64,000 bases of DNA from positions 6,771 through 70,770 of the forward strand of contig JBBRAZ010000014.1 in NCBI GenBank assembly GCA_038206295.1, in the 5' to 3' direction. Positions 19,284 through 28,518 of this stretch are shown one piece after another. Below the pieces are notes generated by a model, which worked only from the letters and a program-made list of their open reading frames with translations, did not search any database and had not been told where the DNA came from. Origin of the DNA: Acidimicrobiales bacterium. GTDB taxonomy: Bacteria > Actinomycetota > Acidimicrobiia > Acidimicrobiales > JBBRAZ01. Position 1 is the first letter of the stretch. The number at the start of each line of letters is the position of its first letter. The position numbers and the translations under genes were made by a program.

Positions 19284-20387
19284 GTGCCACCGAACGCGGA
19301 CGACGCCCTGCCCGGGCTGCGTGACGACGACGTCTTCGACCTGACGGCGTCGCTGGTCGCCATCCCGTCGGTGAGCTGGCAGGAGGCGCCGCTGGTCGAC
19401 CTGCTCGAGGTCGAGCTGCGCGCCCAGGCGCACCTCGTGGTGGATCGCCTCGGCAACAACCTGGTCGCCCGTACCCAGCTCGGTCGCGCACAGCGCGTCG
19501 TCGTCGCCGGCCACACCGACACCGTGCCGCCGGATGGCAACGAGGCTCCGCGCATCGAGGGCGACGTGCTGTGGGGGGTCGGTGCGGCCGACATGAAGGG
19601 CGGGGTCGCGACGATCCTCCACCTGGCGCGCACCGTGGCGGATCCCGCCGTCGACGTCACGTGGGTGCTCTACGCGCGGGAGGAGGTCGCGGCGGCAGAT
19701 TCGGGGTTGCAGGAGATCATCGACGCCCGACCGGATCTCCTCGTCGGCGACGTGGCCGTGCTCGGCGAGCCGACCGACGGCGCCATCGAGGCCGGGTGCC
19801 AGGGGACGATGCGCGTCGAGGTGACGCTGCTCGGCGCCCGGGCGCACACCGCCCGGCCGTGGATGGGTCGCAACGCCGTGCACCGCCTCGGCGGGCTCCT
19901 CACCGCGCTGGACGCGTACGAAGGCCGACGACCCGTGCTCGACGGCTGCGAGTTCCGTGAGGCGATGCAGGCGGTGCGAGTCGAGGGGGGCGTGGCCGGC
20001 AACGTCGTGCCCGATCGGGCGGTGGTCGCCATCAACCACCGCTTCGCCCCCGACCGCAGCGGCGCGGAGGCCGAGGCGCACCTGCGATCGGTGCTGGCGC
20101 CGCACCTCGAGGACGGCGACGTGGTCGAGGTGGTGGATGTGGCCGAGGGCGCCGCACCGGGGCTCGACCACCCGCTGCTGGCTGCGCTCGTGGCCCGCAA
20201 CGACCTGCAGGTCCGCGCCAAGCTCGGGTGGACCGACCTGGCCCGCTTCGCCGCGATGGGCATCCCCGCGGTGAACTTCGGACCCGGCGATCCGACCATC
20301 GCCCACCACCGCGACGAGCACCTCGAGCGGGCCTCACTCGAGCACGTGCACGCCGCGCTCGACGACCTCCTGCGCACCGGCACCTGA
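19284..20387 (+). CDS. dapE: Succinyl-diaminopimelate desuccinylase
   Basis: AGHTDTVP, GAADMKGG, REE, GCQG, HTARPW.G.NA, GWTD, FGPGDP..AH. Confidence 0.93.
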   Translation: MPPNADDALPGLRDDDVFDLTASLVAIPSVSWQEAPLVDLLEVELRAQAHLVVDRLGNNLVARTQLGRAQRVVVAGHTDTVPPDGNEAPRIEGDVLWGVGAADMKGGVATILHLARTVADPAVDVTWVLYAREEVAAADSGLQEIIDARPDLLVGDVAVLGEPTDGAIEAGCQGTMRVEVTLLGARAHTARPWMGRNAVHRLGGLLTALDAYEGRRPVLDGCEFREAMQAVRVEGGVAGNVVPDRAVVAINHRFAPDRSGAEAEAHLRSVLAPHLEDGDVVEVVDVAEGAAPGLDHPLLAALVARNDLQVRAKLGWTDLARFAAMGIPAVNFGPGDPTIAHHRDEHLERASLEHVHAALDDLLRTGT

Positions 20388-20467
20388 GCCTGGGTGCGCG
20401 AGGCGTTGCGCTGGACGTGGCGCTGGGGCAGTGTTCCGGTTCCGACCCCAGCACACAGGAGCAGCGA

Positions 20468-20932
20468 ATGGCAGTCGAGATCGGCCAGCAGGCCCCGGAC
20501 TTCACGGTCCCCGACCAGGACGGCACCCCGGTGACCCTGTCCGAGCTCCGCGGCGAGAAGGCCGTGGTCCTCGTCTTCTACCCCTTCACCTTCAGCGGGA
20601 TCTGCGAGAGCGAGCTGTGCTCGATTCGTGATGACCTGAGTCGGTTCGAGGCCGACGGCGTGCAGGTGCTCGCGATCTCCTGCAACGCGAAGCACGCGCA
20701 GAAGAAGTGGGCCGACGAGATGGGCTACGGCTTCCCGGTGCTGACGGACTTCTGGCCCCATGGGGCGGTGGCGCAGGCGTACGGCGTGTTCAACGACCAG
20801 GTCGGCTGCGCCATGCGCGCGACCTTCGTGATCAGCAAGGACGGGACCATCGTCGACTCGTTCGCCACCGACAGCATCGGCACGGCTCGCGAGTACGAGC
20901 GCTACACCGAGGCGCTCGCCAAGCTCGGCTGA
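20468..20932 (+). CDS. ahpE: Peroxiredoxin (AhpE-like)
   Basis: FYPFTFSGIC..EL, DFWPHG.VA..YGVF, RATFVI. Confidence 0.85.
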   Translation: MAVEIGQQAPDFTVPDQDGTPVTLSELRGEKAVVLVFYPFTFSGICESELCSIRDDLSRFEADGVQVLAISCNAKHAQKKWADEMGYGFPVLTDFWPHGAVAQAYGVFNDQVGCAMRATFVISKDGTIVDSFATDSIGTAREYERYTEALAKLG

Positions 20933-20950
20933 GCCACGGCGCCACCCGCA

Positions 20951-20990
20951 CACGACGAAGGCCCGGCCGATCGGCCGGGCCTTCGTCGTG
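20951..20990. terminator. Bidirectional terminator between convergent ahpE and lexA
   Basis: Perfect 40-bp palindrome CACGACGAAGGCCCGGCCGA|TCGGCCGGGCCTTCGTCGTG. Confidence 0.8.
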
Positions 20991-21036
20991 CTCGGCCCCG
21001 GGCTGGCGGGGACGGGCGGGGGAACCGCGGCGCACC

Positions 21037-21666
21037 TCAGAGGCGACGCATGACCGTGACCACCTTGCCGAAGATCGCCACCTCGTCGCTGGGCAGCTCG
21101 ATCGGGGCCATCGCCGCGTTGTGCGGCTCGAGCACGGTGAGGGCGCCCTTCGGGCGGTAGGTCTTGACGGTGGCCTCCTCGCCCGGGATGCCGGCCACCA
21201 CCATGTCCCCGGCGTTCGCCGTCTGCTGCGAGCGGGCGATGATGAAGTCGCCGTCGAGGATGCCGGCCTCGATCATCGACTCGCCTCGGACCCTGAGCAT
21301 GAACAGCTCGCCGTCGCCGGTGAACTCCGCAGGGATGGGGAAGACCTCCTCGACGTTCTCCTGCGCCAGCACGTCGGTGCCGGCGGCCACATCGCCTACG
21401 AGCGGCACGTTGCGCACCGGTCGACGTTCGAGCGCAGCGCCGGAGGCGACGTCGCGCGACATCTCCATGGCCCGGGGCTTGGTGGCGTCGCGCCGCAGGT
21501 AGCCGAGCTTCTGCAGCGTGGCGAGCTGCGAGTGGACGCTCGAGGGGGAGGTGAGGCCGACGGCTTGGCCGATCTCGCGCACCGACGGCGGATAGCCCCG
21601 CTCCTGCACGTGCTGCTCGATGACCTCGAGGATCTGCTGCTGGCGCTTCGTGAGCGGCGTGGTCAC
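21037..21666 (-). CDS. lexA: SOS repressor LexA
   Basis: GYPPSVREI..AVGL.SPSSVH, VAAG cleavage site, GESM, EATVK. Confidence 0.97.
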   Translation of the reverse strand: MTTPLTKRQQQILEVIEQHVQERGYPPSVREIGQAVGLTSPSSVHSQLATLQKLGYLRRDATKPRAMEMSRDVASGAALERRPVRNVPLVGDVAAGTDVLAQENVEEVFPIPAEFTGDGELFMLRVRGESMIEAGILDGDFIIARSQQTANAGDMVVAGIPGEEATVKTYRPKGALTVLEPHNAAMAPIELPSDEVAIFGKVVTVMRRL

Positions 21667-21687
21667 GGGTGGTGCCTCCTGATGCGA

Positions 21688-21808
21688 CGAACGGGCGTTC
21701 GCTGCAACGTACACCCGTTCGGCCCCGATGGCAAACACCTGTTCGACGGACCCCTTGACGTCGAACGGGTGTTCGTGGCACGCTGACCTCGAACCGAACA
21801 GGTGTTCC
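21688..21808. promoter_or_regulatory. Array of five SOS boxes between lexA and the LysM gene
   Basis: CGAACGGGCGTTCG 21688; CGTACACCCGTTCG 21708; CAAACACCTGTTCG 21732; CGAACGGGTGTTCG 21762; CGAACAGGTGTTCC 21795; TTGACG at 21755. Confidence 0.9.
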
Positions 21809-21847
21809 CAGCCTCCGGCTGTCACACCCCCCGAGGAGACTCGTCAC

Positions 21848-22261
21848 ATGGCAGCGATCATCCACCTCCCGCACACCCCGCACGTGGCCCCGGCGCCGTC
21901 GCCGCGCCCGCACCTTGTCGTCATCGACGGCGGCTTCGAGGCGGCCCTGCGCCGTCGGCAGCCAGCAGCGGTCTACCGCCGCCGGCGAGCGGCCGTGGCC
22001 GCAGCAGCGCTCGTGCTCGTCGTGTCGGCGCTCGTCGCCACCGGAGCGGTGGGGCAGCGTGGCAGCAGCGCCGCGGCATCGACGCCGGTCGTCGAGGCCG
22101 TGCCCGCAGCGGTGGTCGTCGGCCCGGGCGACACGCTGTGGTCGATCGCTCGCAGCATCCAGCCCAGCGGCGACGTGCGTCCGCTGGTAGACGCCTTGGC
22201 TGACGCCAACGGGGGTGCCGCTGTTCGCGTCGGCCAGCGCCTCGTCGTCCCCGCGGCCTGA
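21848..22261 (+). CDS. SOS-induced membrane LysM protein (ChiZ/YneA-like division inhibitor)
   Basis: YRRRR + TM helix + LysM (VVGPGDTLWSIA...VGQRLVVP); divergent from lexA. Confidence 0.85.
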   Translation: MAAIIHLPHTPHVAPAPSPRPHLVVIDGGFEAALRRRQPAAVYRRRRAAVAAAALVLVVSALVATGAVGQRGSSAAASTPVVEAVPAAVVVGPGDTLWSIARSIQPSGDVRPLVDALADANGGAAVRVGQRLVVPAA

Positions 22262-22326
22262 TGGCCAGCCTCCGCCTCGCTGCGGTCGATTCGCGCCCCG
22301 ACGCATCGGGGAGTACCGTCGTCGGC

Positions 22327-22794
22327 GTGCGCTGCCCCACCTGCGGACACCTCGATGACAAGGTGATCGACTCTCGCATGGCCGAGGACGGCGACACGAT
22401 CCGTCGCCGACGCCAGTGCCTGTCCTGCGAGGCGCGGTTCACGACGTTCGAGCGCCTCGAGGCCCGCGAGCTCGTCGTGCGCAAGCGCTCCGGCGACACC
22501 GTGGCGTTCGACCGATCCAAGATCGAGGCGGGCATCCTCTCGGCGGCCAAGGGCCGGCCGATCACCCCCGACGAGGCCGGCGCCATGGCAGATGCCATCG
22601 AGGAGCGCCTCCGTCCGCTCGGGCCCGAGGTCACCAGCGAGCAGATCGGCTTCGCCGTGCTCGACGGGCTGCGCGAGGTCGATGACGTCGCCTACATGCG
22701 CTTCGCCAGCGTCTACAAGGACTTCGACGACGCGGCCGACTTCCAGCGCGAGCTCACCTTGCTGACCAAGCGCACCGAGCCGAAGCGCCACTGA
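22327..22794 (+). CDS. nrdR: Transcriptional repressor NrdR
   Basis: CPTC...KVIDSR...IRRRRQC..C..RFTTFE, ATP cone, VAYMRFASVYK.F. Confidence 0.97.
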   Translation: MRCPTCGHLDDKVIDSRMAEDGDTIRRRRQCLSCEARFTTFERLEARELVVRKRSGDTVAFDRSKIEAGILSAAKGRPITPDEAGAMADAIEERLRPLGPEVTSEQIGFAVLDGLREVDDVAYMRFASVYKDFDDAADFQRELTLLTKRTEPKRH

Positions 22795-22840
22795 GCTGAA
22801 GCGCCACGGAGCGATCGTGGCGGGATCGCTCAGCTGCAGG

Positions 22841-23578
22841 TCAGTCCCGGCGGATCCAGCGGAAGAAGAGCGACCCCTCGTCCTCGAGGAGCCTGTCCAG
22901 CACGAGCGGCACCGCTGGTGCGTCCGGGCCGGTGGCGAGCCGGTCCGCATCGCCGCCCACCAGCTGGGGGGCCATGGTCAGGCAGACCTCGTCCACGAGA
23001 CCTGCAGCGAGCAGCGAGCCGTTCAGCTTCGGACCGCCCTCGCACAGCACGACGCGAGCGCCGAGCTCGGCGAGGGCCGCCATCGCCCGCACGAGGTCGA
23101 CGTCGTCGTCCCCGCAGGTCACGACCTTGGCGCGGTTCCCAGCCGCCGCCCGCCGCCCAGCGGGAAGGGCCGAGGACGTCACGATGATCGGGCGCTCGAC
23201 GGCCTCGGTGAACAGCGTGGCGGAGAAGTCGAGGTCCAGCGAGCGGGTCACCACCGCGATGCGCGGCACCGCAGACTGCCCTCGCTCGCGGCGAGCGTCC
23301 TGCTCGGCGTCGTCGAGGCGCGGCGGTCCGTAGCTCTCGGCGCGCACCGTCCCCGCACCCACGAGGATGACGTCTGCCAGCGATCTGAGGAGGTGGAACA
23401 CCTGCTTGTCCGACGGGCTGCTGAGGCCCTCCGAGACGCCCTCGACCGACGTCGCTCCATCGACCGAGGTCACCATGTTCAACGCCACCCACGGGCGTCC
23501 GGGCGGCGTGGGTCGGTCTGCGCCGTAGACGGCGGCGAGATCGACCTGGGCGCGGCGCTCGGGCCACAGCTGGCGCAC
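22841..23578 (-). CDS. RibD C-terminal / DHFR-like reductase (Rv2671-like)
   Basis: NMVTSVDGA, LR..ADVILVGAGTVRAE.Y, CEGGP.L, VDEVCLT. Confidence 0.85.
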   Translation of the reverse strand: MRQLWPERRAQVDLAAVYGADRPTPPGRPWVALNMVTSVDGATSVEGVSEGLSSPSDKQVFHLLRSLADVILVGAGTVRAESYGPPRLDDAEQDARRERGQSAVPRIAVVTRSLDLDFSATLFTEAVERPIIVTSSALPAGRRAAAGNRAKVVTCGDDDVDLVRAMAALAELGARVVLCEGGPKLNGSLLAAGLVDEVCLTMAPQLVGGDADRLATGPDAPAVPLVLDRLLEDEGSLFFRWIRRD

Positions 23579-23968
23579 CCGCCGACGGTACCAGCAGCCT
23601 CTGCGGCGCCCGGGGACCGCTCGCAGCATCGACGCAGGTCAGCGCCGTCGTCCACCGGTCTGTGGAGGAGCGACCCCCGTCATCCACCGCGTCGCCCACA
23701 GAAGTTCGCGCGCAATGCACAGACATTTCGTGGGTTGTCCCCTTCCTCCCCACAGGCACTTCTTCGTAGGGTCGCAGCAACGCAACGGACCGCGGCGCGG
23801 ACGTGCGGAACGGTGGCTGGCGTCTGGGACCCGGGGAGGGGACGGACGGCTCCTTGAGGAACGTGCTGCGTAGGGTTGCAACGGCGCAAACCTTCGCGAA
23901 CGCCCTCTGACCTGCAGGTTCGCGTCGCGGATTCCGTTGACACAGGTGGAATTCCTGTGGTGTAGTTC

Positions 23969-24026
23969 CTCGCACATCTTGTGGCCCGGTCGGACCGGGG
24001 GGCCGCCAGACCACAACATCTTGTGT
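23969..24026 (+). promoter_or_regulatory. Tandem NrdR boxes upstream of nrdJ
   Basis: CTCGCACATCTTGTGG (23969) and CCACAACATCTTGTGT (24011), 42 bp apart; TTGACA at 23937. Confidence 0.78.
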
Positions 24027-24183
24027 TGGTGCATCGGCAGCGTGGCCGGTGTCACAAGGCGCAGATGGGCCTCCGGGCTGGGGTAGGGCGGGTTCGAGAC
24101 CGACCAACGACCACGCACGCACCCCGCATCGCTCCACCTCCGCACCCCGCACGAGCAGCGCTCCACCCTGAAAGGCACCACGC

Positions 24184-26952
24184 ATGGCACTCGCCCCCGA
24201 GCAGATGGGCATCGGCATCCGCCGCCACTTCACCACCGAGGGGGTCCACCCCTACGACACCGTGACGTGGGACCGGCGCGACGCGCGGATCACGAACTTC
24301 CGCGACGGCTCGGTGGCCTTCGAGCAGCTCGATGTCGAGTTCCCGGCCACGTGGTCGCTCAACGCAACCAACATCGTCGCCCAGAAGTACTTCCGTGGCA
24401 CCCTCGGCACGCCCGAGCGCGAGTCGTCGGTGCGCGAGGTGATCGACCGCGTCGCCGACACGATCACCGACTGGGGCATCCGCGACGGGTACTTCACCGA
24501 CGACCGCGAGGCCGAGGCCTTCCGCGACGAGCTCAAGTACCTGCTCGTGCACCAGAAGGCGGCCTTCAACTCGCCGGTGTGGTTCAACATCGGCGTGAAG
24601 GACGTCCCGCAGCAGGCGTCGGCCTGCTTCATCCTGTCCGTCGAGGACAAGATGAGCTCCATCCTCAACTGGTACGTCGAGGAGGGCACGATCTTCAAGG
24701 GCGGCTCCGGCGCCGGCATCAACCTGTCGCGCATCCGCTCCTCAAAGGAGCTGCTCGCCGGAGGCGGCACCGCCTCGGGTCCGGTGTCGTTCATGCGTGG
24801 CGCCGACGCCTCGGCCGGCACGATCAAGTCCGGCGGCAAGACCCGCCGCGCCGCCAAGATGGTCATCCTCGACTCGGACCACCCCGACATCGAGGAGTTC
24901 ATCTGGTGCAAGTCCCGTGAGGAGCAGAAGGCCCGCGTGCTGCGCGACGCCGGCTTCGACATGGACCTCGACGGCGCCGACAGCCACTCCACCCAGTACC
25001 AGAACGCCAACAACTCGGTGCGCGTCACCGACGACTTCATGCGTGCGGTCGAGAACGACGAGGACTGGTCGCTCATCGCCCGCAGCGACGGCTCGACCAT
25101 CCGCACGCTGCGCGCCCGCGACCTGTGGCGCCAGATCGCCGAGGCCTCCTGGGCCTGCGCGGATCCGGGCCTCCAGTTCGACACCACGATCAACCACTGG
25201 CACACGGCCTGCACCACAGGACGCATCAACGGCTCCAACCCGTGCTCGGAGTACATGCACCTCGACAACTCGGCGTGCAACCTCGCCAGCCTCAACCTGC
25301 TGACCTTCCTGCCCGCTGGCGACGCCTTCGACGTGGAGGGCTTCAAGGCCGCGATCGAGGTCATCTTCACCGCGCAGGAGATCCTCGTCGGCAGCGCCGA
25401 CTACCCGACCGAGCCCATCGGCGAGACGTCGCGTCGGTTCCGCCAGCTCGGAATCGGCTACGCCAACCTCGGTGCCATGCTCATGGCGCTCGGCCTTCCG
25501 TACGACTCCGACGACGGCCGTGCCTACGCAGCCGCCATCACCTCGCTGATGACCGGCCACGCGTACGCCACCTCGGCGCGCACCGCGGCTCGCATGGGCC
25601 CGTTCGCCGGATTCGCCGAGAACGAGGAGCACATGCTCCGCGTGCTGCGCCAGCACCAGGAGGCGCACGCCGAGCTCGCCGGCGGCGGCATCGTCCCCGC
25701 CGACCTCAGCGAGGCAGCCGAGCGGTCGTGGGCCGAGGCCAACGAGCTCGGTGCGGTGCACGGCGTGCGCAACTCGCAGGCCTCGGTGCTCGCTCCCACC
25801 GGCACCATCGGCCTGATGATGGACTGCGACACCACCGGCATCGAGCCCGACCTCGGTCTGGTCAAGCTCAAGAAGCTCGTGGGCGGCGGCAACATGTCCA
25901 TCGTCAACCAGACGATCCCCCGCGCCCTGCGCCGTCTCGGCTACGACGAGCAGCAGGTGGCGGACATCATCGCCTACATCGACACCGAGAAGTCTGTGCT
26001 CGGGGCACCGCACCTCGCCGAGGACCACCTGGCCGTGTTCGCCTGCTCCATGGGCGACAACACCATCCACTACATGGGCCACGTGCAGATGATGGGCGCC
26101 GTCCAGCCGTTCATCTCCGGTGCGATCTCCAAGACGGTGAACATGCCCGAGGAGGCCACCGTCGAGGACGTGGAGCACCTCCACCTGGAGTCGTGGAGGC
26201 TCGGCCTCAAGGCGGTCGCCATCTACCGCGACAACTGCAAGGTCGCCCAGCCGCTCGCCACCGCCAAGAAGGAGGGCGCAGCAGCGCCGGCACCGGTGGC
26301 GACCGAGGTCGTCGAGCGCGAGCCGGTCCGCCACAAGCTGAACCGCACCCGCGCATCGAAGACGTTCGAGTTCCGCGTGGCGGACTGCAAGGGGTTCGTC
26401 ACCGTCGGCGAGTACGAGACGGGTCGACCGGGCGAGCTGTTCATCCGCGTGTCCAAGCAGGGCTCCACGCTCGCCGGCATCATGGACGCCTTCGCCATCT
26501 CGGTCAGCCACGGCCTCCAGTACGGCGTGCCGCTGCGCAGCTACATCGAGGCCTTCACCGGCATGCGCTTCGAGCCCGCCGGCATGACCGACGACCCGGA
26601 CATCCGGATCGCCAACAGCTTGATGGACTACCTCTTCCGCCGGCTGGCGCTCATCTACCTGTCGGTGGAGGAGCGGGCCGAGCTCAACATCTTCTCCACC
26701 GCCGAGCGGATGCAGCCGACGCTGCCGGGGGTGGAGGAGACGGTGGTGGAGACCCGCCTGGGCTCCGAGCTGCCGGCCGATCCGCCGTCGGTGGAGTCCG
26801 TCGCCCAGCTCACCGCCCACATCGAGATCGAGGCCACCCGCAAGACGGTCAGCCACGACGCCCCGATGTGCATGCAGTGCGGGGTGCAGATGCAGCGGGC
26901 CGGCTCGTGCCACGCCTGCCCGTCCTGCGGCACCACCAGCGGCTGCAGCTGA
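24184..26952 (+). CDS. nrdJ: Vitamin B12-dependent class II ribonucleotide reductase with C-terminal TSCPD/Zn-ribbon
   Basis: FNSPVWFN, SACFI, SNPCSEY, APTGTI, GAISKTVN, YRDNCK, C-terminal CMQC...CPSCG..SGCS. Confidence 0.97.
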   Translation: MALAPEQMGIGIRRHFTTEGVHPYDTVTWDRRDARITNFRDGSVAFEQLDVEFPATWSLNATNIVAQKYFRGTLGTPERESSVREVIDRVADTITDWGIRDGYFTDDREAEAFRDELKYLLVHQKAAFNSPVWFNIGVKDVPQQASACFILSVEDKMSSILNWYVEEGTIFKGGSGAGINLSRIRSSKELLAGGGTASGPVSFMRGADASAGTIKSGGKTRRAAKMVILDSDHPDIEEFIWCKSREEQKARVLRDAGFDMDLDGADSHSTQYQNANNSVRVTDDFMRAVENDEDWSLIARSDGSTIRTLRARDLWRQIAEASWACADPGLQFDTTINHWHTACTTGRINGSNPCSEYMHLDNSACNLASLNLLTFLPAGDAFDVEGFKAAIEVIFTAQEILVGSADYPTEPIGETSRRFRQLGIGYANLGAMLMALGLPYDSDDGRAYAAAITSLMTGHAYATSARTAARMGPFAGFAENEEHMLRVLRQHQEAHAELAGGGIVPADLSEAAERSWAEANELGAVHGVRNSQASVLAPTGTIGLMMDCDTTGIEPDLGLVKLKKLVGGGNMSIVNQTIPRALRRLGYDEQQVADIIAYIDTEKSVLGAPHLAEDHLAVFACSMGDNTIHYMGHVQMMGAVQPFISGAISKTVNMPEEATVEDVEHLHLESWRLGLKAVAIYRDNCKVAQPLATAKKEGAAAPAPVATEVVEREPVRHKLNRTRASKTFEFRVADCKGFVTVGEYETGRPGELFIRVSKQGSTLAGIMDAFAISVSHGLQYGVPLRSYIEAFTGMRFEPAGMTDDPDIRIANSLMDYLFRRLALIYLSVEERAELNIFSTAERMQPTLPGVEETVVETRLGSELPADPPSVESVAQLTAHIEIEATRKTVSHDAPMCMQCGVQMQRAGSCHACPSCGTTSGCS

Positions 26953-26979
26953 GCGCAGCGGCACCCGCCGCACGACGTC

Positions 26980-27014
26980 CGCCGAGGCCCCGGGATGCAC
27001 CCGGGGCCTCGGCG
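26980..27014 (+). terminator. Hairpin after nrdJ
   Basis: CGCCGAGGCCCCGGG-ATGCA-CCCGGGGCCTCGGCG. Confidence 0.7.
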
Positions 27015-27068
27015 CGTCCGGCGCATGGGCGAAGATGCATGCTCACGCCAACGAGAGGGAGGCGCACG

Positions 27069-27698
27069 ATGGCGCTGCAGGTGATCGGTGCGGGGTTCGG
27101 TCGGACGGGGACGCTGTCGCTCAAGACCGCCCTCGAGCAGGTCGGCTTCGCTCCGTGCCACCACATGTTCGAGGTGATCGGCCACCCCGAGCAGGCCGCG
27201 GGGTGGCTTGCCGCCGCTCGGGGCGACGCCGTCGACTGGGATGCGCTCCTCGACGGGTATGCGGCCCAGGTCGACTGGCCGGGGTGCGCCCTGTGGCGCG
27301 AGCTGCTCGACGCCTTCCCCGAAGCCAAGGTCGTGCTCAGCGTGCGCGACCTCGACCGCTGGTGGGACTCGTTTCGCTCCACCATCGTCAGGGCCCTCAC
27401 CGAGCGCGAGCGGCCGACCGAGGGGCCGTACGCAGATGTCGCGGCCATGTCCTGGGAGACGGTGGTCGTGCGCAGCCTGGGTGGTGCCGATCCCACCGAC
27501 CGCGACGCCGTCATCGCCGCGCACCGCCGGCACCTCGACGAGGTGCGAGCCACGGTGCCCCCCGGGCGCCTGCTCGAGTTCCGAGCCACCGACGGCTGGC
27601 TGCCGCTGTGCGAGCACCTGGGCGTGCCGGTGCCCGACGAGGAGTACCCCAACGTGAACGACAAGGCGATGTTCGAGGCGCTGTTCGGCCTCAGCTGA
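27069..27698 (+). CDS. Sulfotransferase-fold protein (Sulfotransfer_4-like)
   Basis: VIGAGFGRTGTLSLK.ALE, HHM, VDWP, GWLPLC.HLG..VP...YP.VN. Confidence 0.85.
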   Translation: MALQVIGAGFGRTGTLSLKTALEQVGFAPCHHMFEVIGHPEQAAGWLAAARGDAVDWDALLDGYAAQVDWPGCALWRELLDAFPEAKVVLSVRDLDRWWDSFRSTIVRALTERERPTEGPYADVAAMSWETVVVRSLGGADPTDRDAVIAAHRRHLDEVRATVPPGRLLEFRATDGWLPLCEHLGVPVPDEEYPNVNDKAMFEALFGLS

Positions 27699-27750
27699 CA
27701 TCCACCTCGATCTGGATCGATGGACGCCGGGTGCGTGGGAAGATGCGCGG

Positions 27751-28455
27751 ATGGCAGCGACCGACCACCTCAACGGCCTCGACCCGTATGCCCTGCTCGA
27801 CGCCGAGGCTGCGCGCATCGAGGTGCTCCTCGCCGCCACCGCCGACGACGACCCCGCGTGGAACGCGCCGTCTCACTGCGAGGGCTGGACGATGCGCGAT
27901 CTCGTCGGCCACCTGGCCGCAACCGAGGAGTACCACCACGCGTGCCTCGACGACACGGTGGCGGACCTCTTCGCTCGGGCGGCGGCCTCCGGTGTCACCA
28001 GCCTGCACGACTGGAACCAGCACGGCGTGGACGAGCGGCGGGCCCTCGCACCGAGCGAGGTGGCCGCGGCCTGGCGGCTCGGCGACGAAGACACGCGGCG
28101 CCGCATGCGCGAGCGAGACGGCGGGGAGATGGGCTCCTCGATCGGCCCGTACCCCGTGCGGCTCCAGGCGTTCCACATCGCGCTCGAGCTCGCCACCCAC
28201 GCTGATGACCTCGGCATCGACCCGGGAGCCGATGGCGATCGCCGGTGGGGGTGGCGAGCGCAGGTGAGCCGCTTCACGTTCGAGGAGCACGAGCCCGATG
28301 CAACGGCGACCGCGGTGCCCGGAGGCACCGTCATCGTCGCCGAGGACGTCGCGATCACCCTCGACGATCGCACCTTCGTCGACGCGGTCGCCGGTCGCTT
28401 GGTGGCTGGCGTGCTCGATCCAGCGGTCGCCGCCAAGCTCTCGACCATGCCCTGA
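27751..28455 (+). CDS. Mycothiol-dependent maleylpyruvate isomerase / DinB-family protein
   Basis: W.APS.CEGWT.RDLVGHL ... ELATH..DL. Confidence 0.82.
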   Translation: MAATDHLNGLDPYALLDAEAARIEVLLAATADDDPAWNAPSHCEGWTMRDLVGHLAATEEYHHACLDDTVADLFARAAASGVTSLHDWNQHGVDERRALAPSEVAAAWRLGDEDTRRRMRERDGGEMGSSIGPYPVRLQAFHIALELATHADDLGIDPGADGDRRWGWRAQVSRFTFEEHEPDATATAVPGGTVIVAEDVAITLDDRTFVDAVAGRLVAGVLDPAVAAKLSTMP

Positions 28456-28518
28456 GGGAGCGCTCAGCTCCCCGGCCATCCACGGAGCACCGTCGGGGCC
28501 GTTGCTAGCGTGCGCCCC

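Noticed and set aside
20951-20990. 40-bp perfect palindrome as a mobile-element end
   Set aside because: Its position between convergent ahpE and lexA fits a bidirectional terminator; no transposase or target duplication seen.
23580-24183. Cobalamin riboswitch or small CDS upstream of nrdJ
   Set aside because: I could not see a B12-box consensus, and the ORFs here lack coding-like composition; an Rfam scan would be needed to exclude it fully.
10357-26952. Inteins or introns in recA and nrdJ
   Set aside because: Both proteins have normal length and contiguous motifs.
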